A stretch of 64,000 nt of DNA from Paraphysomonas bandaiensis (Eukaryota; Protista; Chrysophyceae). The position numbers were made by a program, and so were the translations under genes. Positions 41,301 to 54,468 of this stretch are shown here, one piece after another. Every line of letters starts with the position of its first letter. The first letter of the stretch is position 1. Location: contig CBFFRP010000074.1 of the NCBI GenBank assembly GCA_965644295.1, positions 123,140 to 187,139 of the forward strand, in the 5' to 3' direction. Below the pieces are notes generated by a model. The model ran no database searches. It was not told the origin of the DNA and was given only the letters and a program-made list of their open reading frames with translations.

Positions 41301-44124
41301 GCTTCTGAAACCGAACAACTTCTTCGAGGTGACATTGTCAATCTTGAAGATGCGATAGCGTACCTGGAGCAACGTGAAATGACACTTCAAGACGACAAAA
41401 GTTTGCTACGAAAAGAACTCGTGATATATCACGAGAGAGAAAATGAACTCAGGAGGGATTTAATGGCCGTACAGGAAGAAAAAATGGCTTTAGAGAGCGA
41501 ACTAGAGATTAAAACTAATGAATTGCGAGGCCTAGATGATCAAGTGACTGTCCTTAATAATGACATTTCTAGTTTAAATTCTACGATAGAGACCCTCGGT
41601 GCTGACAATGAATCGCTAAGAGTAAAAGTGTCAACTGTTGAACATGACTTGGAAACTGCTAGGTCGTTGATTGCCTCCCTTGAAGGCGAGGTTAAAGAGC
41701 TTAGGAGCCGGGTAGAGGTGATGAGGGGCAGTAGATCTAGAGCAGAAGCTGCCCTGGCGGCTGAAAAGAGAACCACTGCGGATCTACGGGAAAAGTTAAT
41801 GAATATTGAAGATAAGAAGTGGGGTCTAGAATCTGAATTAGAGGGAATGAAGTCGAGTCATGTTAGAATGTCTCGAGAAGTATCTTTCCTGCAAGAAGAC
41901 AAACGTCAACTCGATCAAGCAATCTTAGCTCTGCGAGAGGAGAAGCGTATAAGTGATAGTCGTGCGGCATCCCTTGAAGACGAGAAAATGATGTGGGATC
42001 GAGAGAAAACTGCACTGCAACAGGAAAATGAAGGTTTAGAAAAGTCTTTAGAGGAGGCAAAGGAGGAAATATCTCAAAATATGCAACGGAAAGCCTCGCT
42101 TGAGGGAGCTCAAGAGGCTATGGGAGTGGCGGCAAGTGTAGGTATGTATCGTCACGTGTACGACAGCATGATTCAGTGTGTCATAGGATATGACATTTAT
42201 ATGCAGTTTCTGTGTTGTGGCTATGCACTGTTTTTTCTTGGCAACATGCGGGTATACAATAATATGACTCGTAGGGGAGAGAATGAGGGCACTGTTAGTT
42301 GAAGACAGAAGGAGGCTTCAGGAGAGTGTGGCCACTTTGGAAAGCGATAAACATGCCTTACAACAGGAGGCTAACATATTGAGGACTGATACCGAAACTT
42401 TGCATAGTGCCTTGTCTGCCGCTCAACAGGAACTTGACGCTCTGCGAGGAGAGGCAGAAAATCTGCGTGCAGAAGCTGAATCCCTTGCAGCTGCGAATAG
42501 TGAGGCTGAATGTTCGATTTCCGTATTGACCGCCCATAAGACCATGCTGGAAGAGCTTTTGCACGAGCAGCTTCTCTCGGAAGGTGGTCGGGGAGGCGAG
42601 TTAGAAGTGACAGAGAGCTTTTCTCAGGAGCCGAACGCCGGCAGTAGAGCAAGTCAAGTCGCAGAAGAGTTAATGGCCACAAGGAGCACCATTATTCAGT
42701 ATCAACAACAAATAAAAGAGATGTCGGCACAGCTGAAGGCGGACGAAGATGAGGTGTCTCGCCTTACGAGAGAAAATGTACGTAAAATATTGTTATATAT
42801 ATAACGAGGTATATATTGTTGAAAGTAAATGATGTAGGATAGAGCACACTGTATTATGAGTATGATAGCACAGTGTATAATTTCGCATATATATATATTG
42901 TACTGAGGCTTGTTACGCGGTTTAATTTGCTATTGTGCTTGCTAATGAAGCAACTCTTGCAAATTAACGTAATGATGGAAACTGTATAAATGATATCGTA
43001 CTCTGTATTGTTGATAATATTTTTATTTGACTTTTGTATGCGCATGTTCATTGGTGAGAAGTCCGAGTTATCTAAGAATTGTGATTTGAAATCATCACGC
43101 ATCGATATTTTGCTCGATCATGTATCTCACTTAGAGAAATCTGTCCTTACTAAAGATAAAGAAATTGTAGCACTTCAAGAGAATGTAACTAATACAGAAC
43201 ATCGCTGTTTGATATGTAAATGTGGAAGAGATGAGGCGTTGGTGGCTCTGGAGAAAGAGGTACGGGAACTCAAGGGGAAAGTGCAAGAGAGAGAGAAAAA
43301 GATTGAAAATCTTTGTTTGTGGTCGGTTAAGAGAGGGCCGGAGCAGCTGTTGAGATCAAATAGCACCGAAGAGGTAGCGGAAGATGATGTGGAGGAAGCG
43401 GTACTGCTAAGCCGCGGAAGAATATTCCCTGCTTCACCCTCTGGACAAAATTCTTCCCACGTAGGGACTTGTTTCTCGACCAATCCAGAGGAAGGGGTAG
43501 CTGAAGCAGGGGATGATATCGGAGGAGTACTTGAGGAACTCATTGAAGCGAAGGTACTGGCAGCAGAGGCCTGCACCGAAGTCGACGCTGAAAGGAAAAA
43601 GGTAAGTTTACATATTTTTTCAATTCTTGATTGTCATGGGGGTCTAATCTGCGTATCCGTGACAGGTGTATTTGCTTCGCACACGGCTGCAGCGCTACGC
43701 GGAGAAGGTGGCTACTTTAGAAGTTTCTAATGCTGAACTCAAGGCTCACTTTCGACGAGAATCTCTGCATAGATCTGTATCGAGTGCAATTCCAGGAAAC
43801 TACATTTACACCGGATATCTTACGAAACGGGGTTCTTTTTTTCCCACTTGGCTTAGAAGGAGGTTTTTTCTATATCCAGGAGTATTGACCTACTACGATA
43901 CCGATGGGTGGACCAAAAAAGGGGAATTTAAAATTACCCCGCAAACGGTACTGAAAGAGAAATCTTTCTTGATGCATGCGCACTGTTTCTGTCTCGTCAA
44001 TCCAAGCCGAGTGCTTTATATGACAGCCGACAGTGAAGATGAGAAGAGCCATTGGATGGCGGCTATTTTAGATGTTATACGTCGTGTGGTTTGTCCAGAG
44101 GTGTCAAATACCCTCCAAGCTTGA
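38393..44124 (+). CDS. NT-C2 (EEIG1/EHBP1-type) + long coiled coil + C-terminal PH domain protein
   Basis: N-terminal ISVCFERGGK..VVFSETLSMIVTMHK..GVASLDLA. More than 1,000 aa of E/K/L/Q heptads follow. PH motif GYLTKRGSFFPTWLRRRFFL..KKGEF..SEDEKSHWMAAI. Single-gene status is inferred from plausible splice sites. Confidence 0.7.
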
Positions 44125-45474
44125 ATCGGTAGTAGATATTTGCATGTGTATAATCTCAATATCTTTGACCAATAATATGGAGGGTATGTTATATCTAGTT
44201 CTGCTTTGTGTACTGCAACATCGCGAGTAGATACACACATATATTGGCTTTCGAGGTTTGCAGTAAACATTCTGTATTGTATGTCATATGTGACGTCATT
44301 TCGCTGTTTCATTTACGGGACATAGATGATAATATTGGGTGTTTGTCGATCTTACATTGAACCTGCATCACTCTTCTTTGGTATTACGTACGCAGGAATT
44401 TTACTTCTGACTTTCACTCCTTGATTATCTTAAATGGTTTTTCGTTGTTCGGTCAAATGAGTAGAGTATTTAATTTATCAGACTAAACCAAATGATTGAA
44501 TGTATTGATTTTCTTGCAGTTTATTTGTAAATGCTAAGAACTCTTTTTATTTCAAGAGACTTAATTGACTTCATAAATAAGATTTATAGCTAGTCTTAGT
44601 ATTTAATGAAGATACATGTCGTATTATTAGAAGATAAAGTCGTCAAGTTTCGACACAATTGGATGATACACTTAGTACTAAGTTAACTGGACGTGTATTC
44701 ACCCATTAATATTGTTAAAATTATTATAAACAATATCTCTTCTCATTCATCAATTTCACGTTATCTCTACGACCAGTCATTTCTCGTACGATCTTACATC
44801 GTCTCTATCTTTGTTTGATCTATATATTATATTCAGTTTCATTACTACATTAGCTATCATGTTGTTAGTTCTCATAATACTGTTAACAGTTAACCACTAC
44901 TGTATTCCTCGACTAACGGTCATAATTCATATACCTTAGAATTACAGCATTTAATTGCTCAAACAGCAAAACTCAATAATATAAACTTCACATGAAGAAT
45001 AAGGTCTAATAGTATAATAGCAAGACACGTTTAGAAAGGGGGTTATCACCACACACATTTGCGTATCTTGTACAGTCGCGTATCTTGTATAGTCTGGTAA
45101 TCATTCAGGCAATGATATTTTATTGTATATATGTGTTGTATTTACGCGTTAAGAGATATACGTGAATCAACGAATTTTAATATTCGTTACAAATCTACTT
45201 GCAAGACTGTGCTAATTATTCACGCTGACTGTATATGTCAGCTCCTAGCAGGATATAGGTTAACATGGGTACCTAAACATAAAATAAAAATTAAGATTGA
45301 CTCCATATTATACAAATTTTATTAGATAATTCAGTTCGATGAATTTATTCTCATTATGGTCAATATAAAGGCTGCTCAATATACAAGGCATCATGCATGA
45401 AATTTAAAGACTGATACGTATAAAATAGATATCAAGTGTATGATGCACAGGTTCAATGTCTATATTGAAAATCT

Positions 45475-45645
45475 TTCTATTTAGCAATAGGCGTTAAAAA
45501 CTCGTGCCAATATAGTGGCTAGTTGAATGCTAGGCATACTAGTTAGACCTCTACCCATAACTAATCAGCACAAATTCTATTATCCTACTATTTAACGCTA
45601 CAGAAGCTGCTTGTGCGTCGCCGCAAGCACCAAGGTGCAATCACT
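45475..45645 (+). repeat. Dispersed repeat copy (same family as 1484, 25005, 33338)
   Basis: TTAGCAATAGGC followed by TATCCTACTATTTAACGCTACAGAAGCTGCTTGTGCGTCGCCGCAAGCACCAAGGTGCAA. Confidence 0.85.
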
Positions 45646-46504
45646 TCCAATTCAATGTCTAGCGCATCTTTTTGAACGGAGGAGTAAAGAGATTTGTGTA
45701 AAAGTACTGTTGCAATTTCATATACCAGCAACAAGAAAATGCAACTAGAAAGCTCACTTGGGATTACAAACAGTATGACCATGAAACATCAGTTGGTGCA
45801 TATCGTGAATTCAGGTTCAATACCAACCACTCAAATCATAGAATATCAAATATTATCAATGAGACATCTGCTGATACATAGGGTCATTTGTCACCTATGC
45901 AGAAGCTGAAGGCTTAACTATTCATAACGTAATTCGTTGTTTTCCTTACAGTATGAGTTCATCGAAGCTCTATTCATTCGTTCAGTTTCATGCCACTCAA
46001 GCAGTAGCACAGCACACATACATAGCCATAAACTCAGTTCACGAATACGATGAACTAACAGTGCATTTGCTATTCAGAAGGAAGTCACTCTTGGGTACAC
46101 TCAACTTTAACGATCAGCTCATGCACACAAATGCATGCATATGAAGCATGTTCAAACTTCTATCCATAGCTATGAATGCATACACTACTCGCTGACAATG
46201 AGTCGATACACACGAATAAGATGAGAGTGATGTGACGAGGCGATAATTGATGAGGTTATGTCTCTACAACATCATCTGCTATCACCAGATCACAGCACAG
46301 TCACAGGAATGATGAGTATAGCAGCAGCACACTATCATCTGACACTATCAGTGAGGAAGAGAGCCGATCTCAATATGATACTCTGCCTGTATGTATGATA
46401 TGCGGTGTGTGTATGAAGATACGTGGCTGTATATGTAGAGAGCAGCAGCATGTAATAGTTAGATATATAAATCCTAAATTTTCAGGGTGATATCGTGAAG
46501 TTGT

Positions 46505-46577
46505 GGCGCTATAGTGTAGTTGGTTATCACTCAGGGTTCTGATTCCTGCGACCTGGGTTCGAATCCCAGTAGTGCCT
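46505..46577 (+). tRNA. tRNA-Gln (anticodon CUG)
   Basis: Acceptor stem GGCGCTA/TAGTGCC, anticodon arm CAGGG-TTCTGAT-TCCTG, T arm CTGGG-TTCGAAT-CCCAG. Followed by T5 (46581) and T6 (46596). TATATAAA lies ~40 bp upstream. Confidence 0.95.
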
Positions 46578-46617
46578 TCATTTTTGGCTCATGCATTTTT
46601 TAGAGCCCGTTCTTTTC

Positions 46618-47518
46618 ATACAAAAACACGTTCTCAAGGAATGTGAATTCCAGGAATTGTGCGTGTGAGGAAATATATCCACATACTGTGCCTTGTATTA
46701 ATATATTACGAAGCAAAGTTTTGACCTATAGAATGCCCTGAAAAGAGGCCTAGAATAGAATTCTTTGACAAGAAAATACCACGACCCCACCCTTTCAAGT
46801 TTAAACTCTTTAATGAAATGCTTCAGTTCTGTTTCATCCTCAAAGACCTCGATCCCACAGAAACCTATGCTTGGGTTTCGCTGCCGAAGGAAGAAGAAGT
46901 TCAGAACGAAGGGCTGCTAGAAAAAAGCATTAAGAGTTCAAGGCACCGGAACCTCTATACGGATCAGGCCGAAGAGGTTAAAAAACTGACATCCACTGTC
47001 GCTTGTAAAGAAGTGTCCGTACCTATATCCAGTTTTCGTAAAGCTCGTAGTCGATGAATTTCTTTACAAGCGACAGTGTAGTTCATCGACTATTAGCTTT
47101 ACGACAACTTGATATAGGTACGGACACTTCTTTACAAGCGACAGTGGATGTCAGTTTTTTAACCTCTTCGGCCTGATCCGTATAGAGGTTCCGGTGCCTT
47201 GAACTCTTAATGCTTTTTTCTAGCAGCCCTTCGTTCTGCACTTCTTCTTCCTTCGGCAGCGAAACCCAAGCATAGGTTTCTGTGGGATCGAGGTCTTTGA
47301 GGATGAAACAGAATTGAAGTATTTCATTAAAGAGTTTAAACTTGAAAGGGTGGGGTCGTGGTATTTTCTTGTCAAAGAATTCTATTCTAGGCCTCTTCAG
47401 GGCATTCTATAGGTCAAAACTTTGCTTCGTAATATTAATACAAGGCATAGTATGTGGATATATTTCCTCACACGCACAATTCCTGGAATTCACATTCCAT
47501 GACAACGTGTTTTTGTAT
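46618..47518. repeat. 901-bp near-perfect palindrome (arms ~440 bp, 23-nt loop)
   Basis: 46618-47058 is the reverse complement of 47082-47518 with few mismatches or indels. Loop at 47059-47081. Confidence 0.95.
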
Positions 47519-48904
47519 AGAGCTGTATAGAGGTTCCGGTGCCTTGTCCATGACAGCTGTGCTTTTCGTGACCATGCATGACTCAGCATAGGTCACGAGT
47601 CATCCTCCCCTAGAATGCGCGGGGTTCTCGTAATCATATAAGGGCTATGCAAGTATAGTGTATAGTGTAGACCTAGCTACAAGCTAAAGCTTGTTTGGTA
47701 CGACACACAGAAAATAGAAATTACGCCTGGATTTTAATAAAAATCTATACATTGCTTAGTTTAATACTTTACTAGGGCACACAGTTGGAATGGAGCACAT
47801 GCTACCACTGATCCAACAGCTTACAAGCAAGTAGACTGTAACACCTGTAACACTGTAACTACGTAATATGTAACTACCAAGGATAGGGAACAACATATTT
47901 CACTGTATGGTGCACTCACATTATATTATTGAAATATATATTTTGTTTTTCCTAAAATGAAGCCATATCATTCCAATTGAAACAATTCTAACTTCCAGTC
48001 CTACGACTGCAATCAATAACTTCTATGCTGATAATATCAACAAAGTGTATTTCAACTATCAAAAATGACTGTAAATACCATTTAACATTAATACCATAGT
48101 ATGTTAACCCTATCAATACCATCCACACAGTGTTATCATAGCGGATGTATTGGACAGTTACACTAATAAATGCATAACGTAGCATATCCCCAAGTTGGGC
48201 AGCCAAAGGTGGCCTCGACGTTAGGTGAAGATATCAAATAATTCATTCTCTGACCAATACCGCCACTCCAACTCTCAGTTGAACTACTGTATCTCAGGTT
48301 AAGTCGCCACAGCTGTACATAAGTACAATTAAGGAAAAATGATGTAGACTTGCCGCGTATCTAACGCCCTGAGAGTCTACTGTAATACAAACTTCAGTAG
48401 AGTGTATGTGACAGGCAATACAGACAACTGTGTGAGTAAAACTCATGAAGTCTTAGGAAAGCAGTCGAGTGAGAACATAGTCTCTAGGTAGAAATAATCC
48501 AGTTCATATACATCAAACGTTCAACGTTGATACCCCTTTAGATCATATAACCATTTATAACTGTGCAATGCATGGACGCACATGATGAAAAGTTGGGTTC
48601 AGAATTTGATTGCTTGCCAAACATGATCACATAACACACTGCAGCGTCGTACTTAAGTGGAAGCTAACTCAGTGTGCTTCCCTGATATAATGATATTCCA
48701 TTAAGTATACTGTAGCTACACCAGTTTGTCTGTCTCTCCTATATGTACATACAGCAGTAAGTTAGGGTCCGCCCCTATATTGGAAAATCCAGTGCTTTTG
48801 GGTCTACCAAACTCTGGAACTCACATTTGTACTCTAGGAATAACAAGCTCCATAAAAAAGTAGATGAGAGGACGGGCTCTAAAAAATGCATGAGCCAAAA
48901 ATGA

Positions 48905-48977
48905 AGGCACTACTGGGATTCGAACCCAGGTCGCAGGAATCAGAACCCTGAGTGATAACCAACTACACTATAGCGCC
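48905..48977 (-). tRNA. tRNA-Gln (anticodon CUG), inverted identical copy
   Basis: Reverse complement of 46505-46577 with the same flanks. Confidence 0.95.
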
Positions 48978-50130
48978 ACAACTTCACGATATCACCCTGA
49001 AAATTTAGGATTTATATATCTAACTATTACATGCTGCTGCTCTCTACATATACAGCCACGTATCTTCATACACACACCGCATATCATACATACAGGCAGA
49101 GTATCATATTGAGATCGGCTCTCTTCCTCACTGATAGTGTCAGATGATAGTGTGCTGCTGCTATACTCATCATTCCTGTGACTGTGCTGTGATCTAGTGA
49201 TAGCAGATGATGTTGTAGAGACATAACCTCATCAATTATCGCCTCGTCACATCACTCTCATCTTATTCGTGTGTATCGACTCATTGTCAGCGAGTAGTGT
49301 ATGCATTCATAGCTATGGATAGAAGTTTGAACATGCTTCATATGCATGTATTTGTGTGCATGAGCTGATACAAGATAGTGACGTTGTAAGATCGTACGAG
49401 AAAGTATTGTTCGTAGAGATTAGAGATAACGTGAGAAGAGAAGACACCTTGAATGAGAAGAGATATTGTTTATAATAATTCAACAATATTAATGAGTGAA
49501 TACACGTCCAGTTAACTTAGTACTTAGTGTATCATCCAATTGTGTCGTAACTTGACTTATATACTTAGTCTTTATCTTCTAATAATACGACATGTATATT
49601 TCATTAAATACCAAGACTAGCTATAAATCTTATTTATGAAGTCAATTAAGTCTCTTGAAATAAAAAGAGTTCTTAGCATTTACAAATAAACTGCAAGAAA
49701 ATCAATACATTCAATCATTTGGTTTAGTCTGATATATTAAATACTCTACTCCTTTGACCGAACAACGAAACCATTTAAGATAATCAAGGAGTGAAAGTAA
49801 GGAGTAAAATTTCGCTTACAATCTCATCCCAAAGGTGCGGATTGCACTCAGAAACACTGACATTCAAGGTGTCTAGGTGTACTTCGATTGGGTCCCTATT
49901 CACATTAATATTCTATTCTTTAAAGAGTAAGAATTCAGCCATTTTTTAAAAGAGCTATACTCTTTATATTGTTTACCACTAGTGTGTATCTCAAAAGTCG
50001 CACTGGTAGTATATCTTGATTGATTGGTGGAAAGAGCAAGGTTTACTTCTGATGAGTAGCTTACACCTCAGTGTTACATACCTAACTTTATATTATAAAT
50101 TAAGATCGTACATTTATAACTTCAAAAATA

Positions 50131-51048
50131 CTAGTCTTTCTTTTTCTCCTTCGCGTGTTTGTGTTTCGATTTCTTTTTCTTTTTGTGCTTCTTTGCACTT
50201 TTATGCTTCTTCTTTTGAGAATATTTCTTACTGCTGCTACTATCGGAGTCTGAGGAGGCAGAATCATTGCTGCTACAATCGCTTGATTTCTTACTACTTC
50301 CACTATAGCCCACAAAGGTTGACTGGAGAGGAGGAACTGACACGTCGGGACCCTGTGTAGAACTTTCTGCGGAAAGCTTCTGTGCCTTCGACAAATAAAA
50401 TAAGCTACAATCAATACAATATACAACATGCCCATACCTTCAGAGCAGCCCAATACTCTCTGTCATTATCGTACACGTTATGACTTCTCTCTGCAGTTCC
50501 TCTCGGCCGTTTCCGAAGAGAAGTTTCTTTCACAGACGATACAGACGAGTTACGTCGAGGGTGTCGTGTGGAAGAAGTGTGAGTTTTCGCTTTCTTCATC
50601 ATATCATGCTGGCGCCAGCAATCAGCACATTCCTTCAGTTCAAAACGTTACATTACTTTGCAACAAAGCTCTATATCAACAGTTTTAACATTCGGATAAC
50701 AATAAACTCATATACACAATATAGTGATTGCTGTATTTACCTCCCTCCTGTTATGACTCTCAACGCCTCGAATAGTATTAGCCAGAAATGTTTTGTTGAT
50801 CTCTGCACCTTTCCCCACAGTGGCATTACCCTGACATTACAATACTCATCACTGTCCATACAATTGTATTATAAGAATCATACCGTAAAGGCGGCCAGAA
50901 CGCCTACGCGTTTGGATAATTCCATTCGCTTAGAACTTTCAGCAGCAAGTAACTGAGCGACATATTCATCACTGACTATAGGAGCGGTTGGCACAGAGGC
51001 CATCTTTGCCCATACTGCTTCCTCGACTTTAGATGAGCGCTTTGTCAT
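50131..51048 (-). CDS. Small Lys/Ser-rich nuclear protein; N-terminus resembles the POLR1D-isoform-2-like family
   Basis: Spliced reading MTKRSSKVEEAVW..DEYVAQLLAAES..GVLA..INKTFLANTIRGVESHNRRE, with C-terminal SSDSDSSSSKKYSQKKKHK. The family call is from motif recall only. Confidence 0.5.
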
Positions 51049-51458
51049 TGCTTGTATAAGAGGACTACTACTATATCTCCTTTATATAATTGAATGGTAC
51101 TATTACATAAGGTGATGCCGTTATAATGGCTATCATTTACATAGAGAGTAAGTGCAGGCAGTGTTCACTTAACAGAGACATGACGCAAGTTATAGTTGGG
51201 AAAAAGCAGTATATTCTCATCTAATAAGTCGAAAAAGCAGTGTATTCTCATATAATAACTGTTAGTGATCTAAAATCCCGTATTTTGTGATATCAATATC
51301 CGGAATATTTTGATGAATGTTTGAAAGCCTTGATGAACTTTCTTTGCAAAATCACAAGCGATTGATACACATATACATACACATATGGCTGGTAGTGATA
51401 ATATATATAGACTCTCATCATAATATTCAACAGCTAGTTAATAGAGTGTACATATACT

Positions 51459-52383
51459 ATGGATGCACGAACTGCTCATTGGAATCAACGATGGACTATA
51501 CCAGGTACACAGTGGACATTAACAGGCTTTTCAAGAGCTGCATATCGCACAGGCTTCTATATACCTGAACTAGATATCATGCTGGATGCAGGTCAGTTCA
51601 TATGGTTATATGTATTGGATTATTTGATAGTAACATACAACAGGTCCACAAAATTATAATAAACCAAGTAATATTTTTATTACTCATACACATGGAGATC
51701 ATATTGCAAGTTTGCCCTTTACTCTGATAGGTGATGAGAATGGCGATCATGTATTTAACATACATGCTCCAGCCCAAGCTGAGATGTACTTAAGGAAGTA
51801 TATATCTTCTTTATTTGAAGTTAATGCTCTTATGAGTGAGGAAGAGATGGGTACTAAGGACTGGTACATGTATCACGGGTATTCAGAACCCACGACTTTT
51901 AGAACAAATCTCAACAAATCTCAGTTTGAGATCTCTGTAGTGTTGTGTGACCACGGTGTGCCCACGATAAGTTACTGCTTTTCTCTCGTAAAAAATAAAC
52001 TCAAAGAAGAATACAAAGATACTCCAGGTAGAGAAATTGGTGCTCTTCGTAAACAAGGCGTTGAGGTCACAAAAGAAGTGGTAGTGAAGTCATTCGCCTT
52101 CATATGTGACACAGCTATAAGTGTTCTGGAATCATACCCTGATATTGTGAGCTATCCATACGTTATTATTGAGTGCACCTTTTTATATCCAGAAGAGAGA
52201 GAAAATGCTACAACCACGAAGCATATTCACTGGGAGGAACTTAAACCTTACGTGGTTGCCAACCCCGAAACTGTATTTGTGCTCATACACTTCTCTTTGA
52301 GATACAAGGACGACGAGATACTAGAATTCTTTAGGCAGGAAGATGTATCCAATATAAAGGTCTGGGCGGGTGATACTAAATAG
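51459..52383 (+). CDS. Short-form tRNase Z-like metallo-beta-lactamase
   Basis: MLDAG|PQ..IFITHTHGDHIASL (HxHxDH), DHGVP, FICDT, IIECTF, KHIHW and LIHFSLRY. One intron. Confidence 0.85.
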
Positions 52384-53070
52384 CTATGGTTCGAATGACT
52401 GCGATGTATGATGTATGCTAATCGTAAATAGTAATGGCCCGATCATAAATAGTGGAGTAAAGGAGTCATTTTATAGTACTCTTTTACAATTGAATAATGT
52501 GAACTAATACTAAGCACTATTTTGTATCTTCAGACGACTGTAAAGCTTACGCACTATTCAATTTGAATGCAGTTTCTTCAATGCGGATAATACAGGTCAT
52601 CAAAAAATGTACCGTTGATGCAGAAATTGATATTGTGAATATCATTTACGCGTATCGGTGGATAGTATCTGTCCAACCAATGAACAGTCGAAGAGTGACA
52701 AATCTATGTATAGATGCACCGACCGAGTAGTAGTATGCATCTATCACAGTTATTCCGTTATATGTAAATTACTGTAACTGATACAACAAAAGACTAAGAG
52801 CTAACTTTCAGAAAGAATATAATTAACTTATCACGAACAACTAACAAAATCAGAGTTCGAAGCAAATGACATGCAAACTAACAGTAACCACTAACACCCG
52901 CAGCACCATGCACGAAGGGGAAAAATTATGGCAGTGCTAATAGTTAAGGATGCGCTTGGAGATCCGTGTGCCCATAAAAATGCTCATAGCAAGGAGGTAT
53001 AAGGCCGACTACACTATATTATCTGTTAATAAAGACACCACTCCATGACATTAACGTCAGCAACTGCTGC

Positions 53071-54468
53071 TTAAAGAAGATCCGCTACATTCGAAGGCAT
53101 CTCTTCAATCTGAGTGTGATAAAACTCCTCGATATCACGGAGATATCTGACATCACCCTGGGTGATGAAATTGATGGACACACCCTTTCTTCCGAATCGA
53201 CCAGAACGACCAATACGGTGAATGTAGTTCTCTCTATTAGTGGGCAAATCGTAGTTGATTACAAGAGAAACCTGCTGGACATCAATACCACGAGCAAGTA
53301 GATCTGTGGTAATGAGAACACGGGTGGACCCGGATCTGAACTCTCTCATAATCATATCTCTCTCACGCTGCTCCATATCTCCGTGCATTGATGACACGGT
53401 GAAGTCGCGGCTCTGCATCTGCTCGGTAAGCCAGTCGACCTTACGGCGGGTGTTGCAGTATATGATCGCCTGGGTGATGGTAAGAGTGGTGTACAGATCG
53501 CAAAGGGTCTCTAACTTCCACTCTTCTCTCTCGATCGCGATAAAGAATTGCTTAATACCTTCAAGGGTGAGCTCGTCTTTCTTCACGAGGATGCGGATAG
53601 GGTCGCGCATAAATTTGCGGGTAACTTCAAGCACCTCTAGAGGCATTGTGGCTGAAAAGATGGTGCACTGAACACTCTCAGGCATGAACTTAAACACATC
53701 GTAGATCTGTTCCTTGAACCCTCTGGAGAGCATTTCATCAGCCTCATCCAAAGCAAACAATCTAATATTATCAAGTCTAAGGGCTCTTCTCTGGATCATG
53801 TCGTACACTCTACCGGGGGTTCCGACTACAACATGGACGCCATCCTGAAGAGTGCGGATGTCTTCGCGAACAGCGGTACCACCAACGCAGGCGTGAATTT
53901 TTATGCTCATAAAGTCTCCAAGTGAAGTAATAACCTTTACGATTTGCTGTGCGAGCTCACGAGTAGGAGCCAATACAAGGGCTTGGCACTCTCTCAGGGA
54001 CACATCAAGTGTCTGCAGGATGCCAATAGCAAAAGTTGCGGTCTTGCCAGTACCTACAAAATAACGTCATTCTAAAAAAGATAAAGAGTGATTCGTATCA
54101 GGTCATATACATAGAACAGCGGTCAGTTTGTCAGAGGTATTTATCATCAACCAGTAAGTACAGACTCGAAAGATGGTATTTGTTTAGTCATCATCCCGGT
54201 GTTCGTATATACATACATCATCCTATACACAACAACACTAATTACCTGACTGAGCCTGAGCAATTACGTCACGTCCGGTAAGGATAGGCTTGACAGCTCT
54301 CTGCTGGATGGCAGAAGGCTTCTCAAAACCATAGGCGTAGATGCCTCTCAGTAGATCCTCTTTCAGATCCATATCATCAAAACTGGAGACTACCTCGTCC
54401 CAGTTGGTCTCAACTCCATCTCCAGAATCCTCCAGAGGTGCTTCTCTTGTTTCACTGTTGTCTGCCAT
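53071..54468 (-). CDS. EIF4A: Eukaryotic initiation factor 4A (DEAD-box helicase)
   Basis: [24 protein letters not shown]|TGKT, PTRELA, DEAD, SAT and [13 protein letters not shown]. Confidence 0.97.

Larger units (their letters stand above)
44395..49812. repeat. Large inverted duplication: left arm 44395-44812 + 46113-46610, right arm ~48870-49812
   Basis: CTTTCACTCCTTGATTATCTTAAATGG at ~44410 matches its reverse complement at ~49770-49797. 46113 ATCAGCTCATGCACAC matches 49354-49369. The left arm is interrupted by ~1.3 kb of unrelated DNA. Confidence 0.93.

Noticed and set aside
46505-46577. Possible suppressor or Sec tRNA because TGA appears in the anticodon loop
   Set aside because: The 7-nt loop TTCTGAT centres on CTG (Gln) and the variable arm is short.
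46818-47057. 79-aa ORF inside the palindrome arm as a functional gene
   Set aside because: It has no recognisable domain, its ATG is ATA in the mirrored arm, and it ends at the loop.
47988-48206. 72-aa ORF in the spacer between the hairpin and the second tRNA
   Set aside because: It has a non-ATG start, AT-rich composition, and no motif or convincing splice partners.
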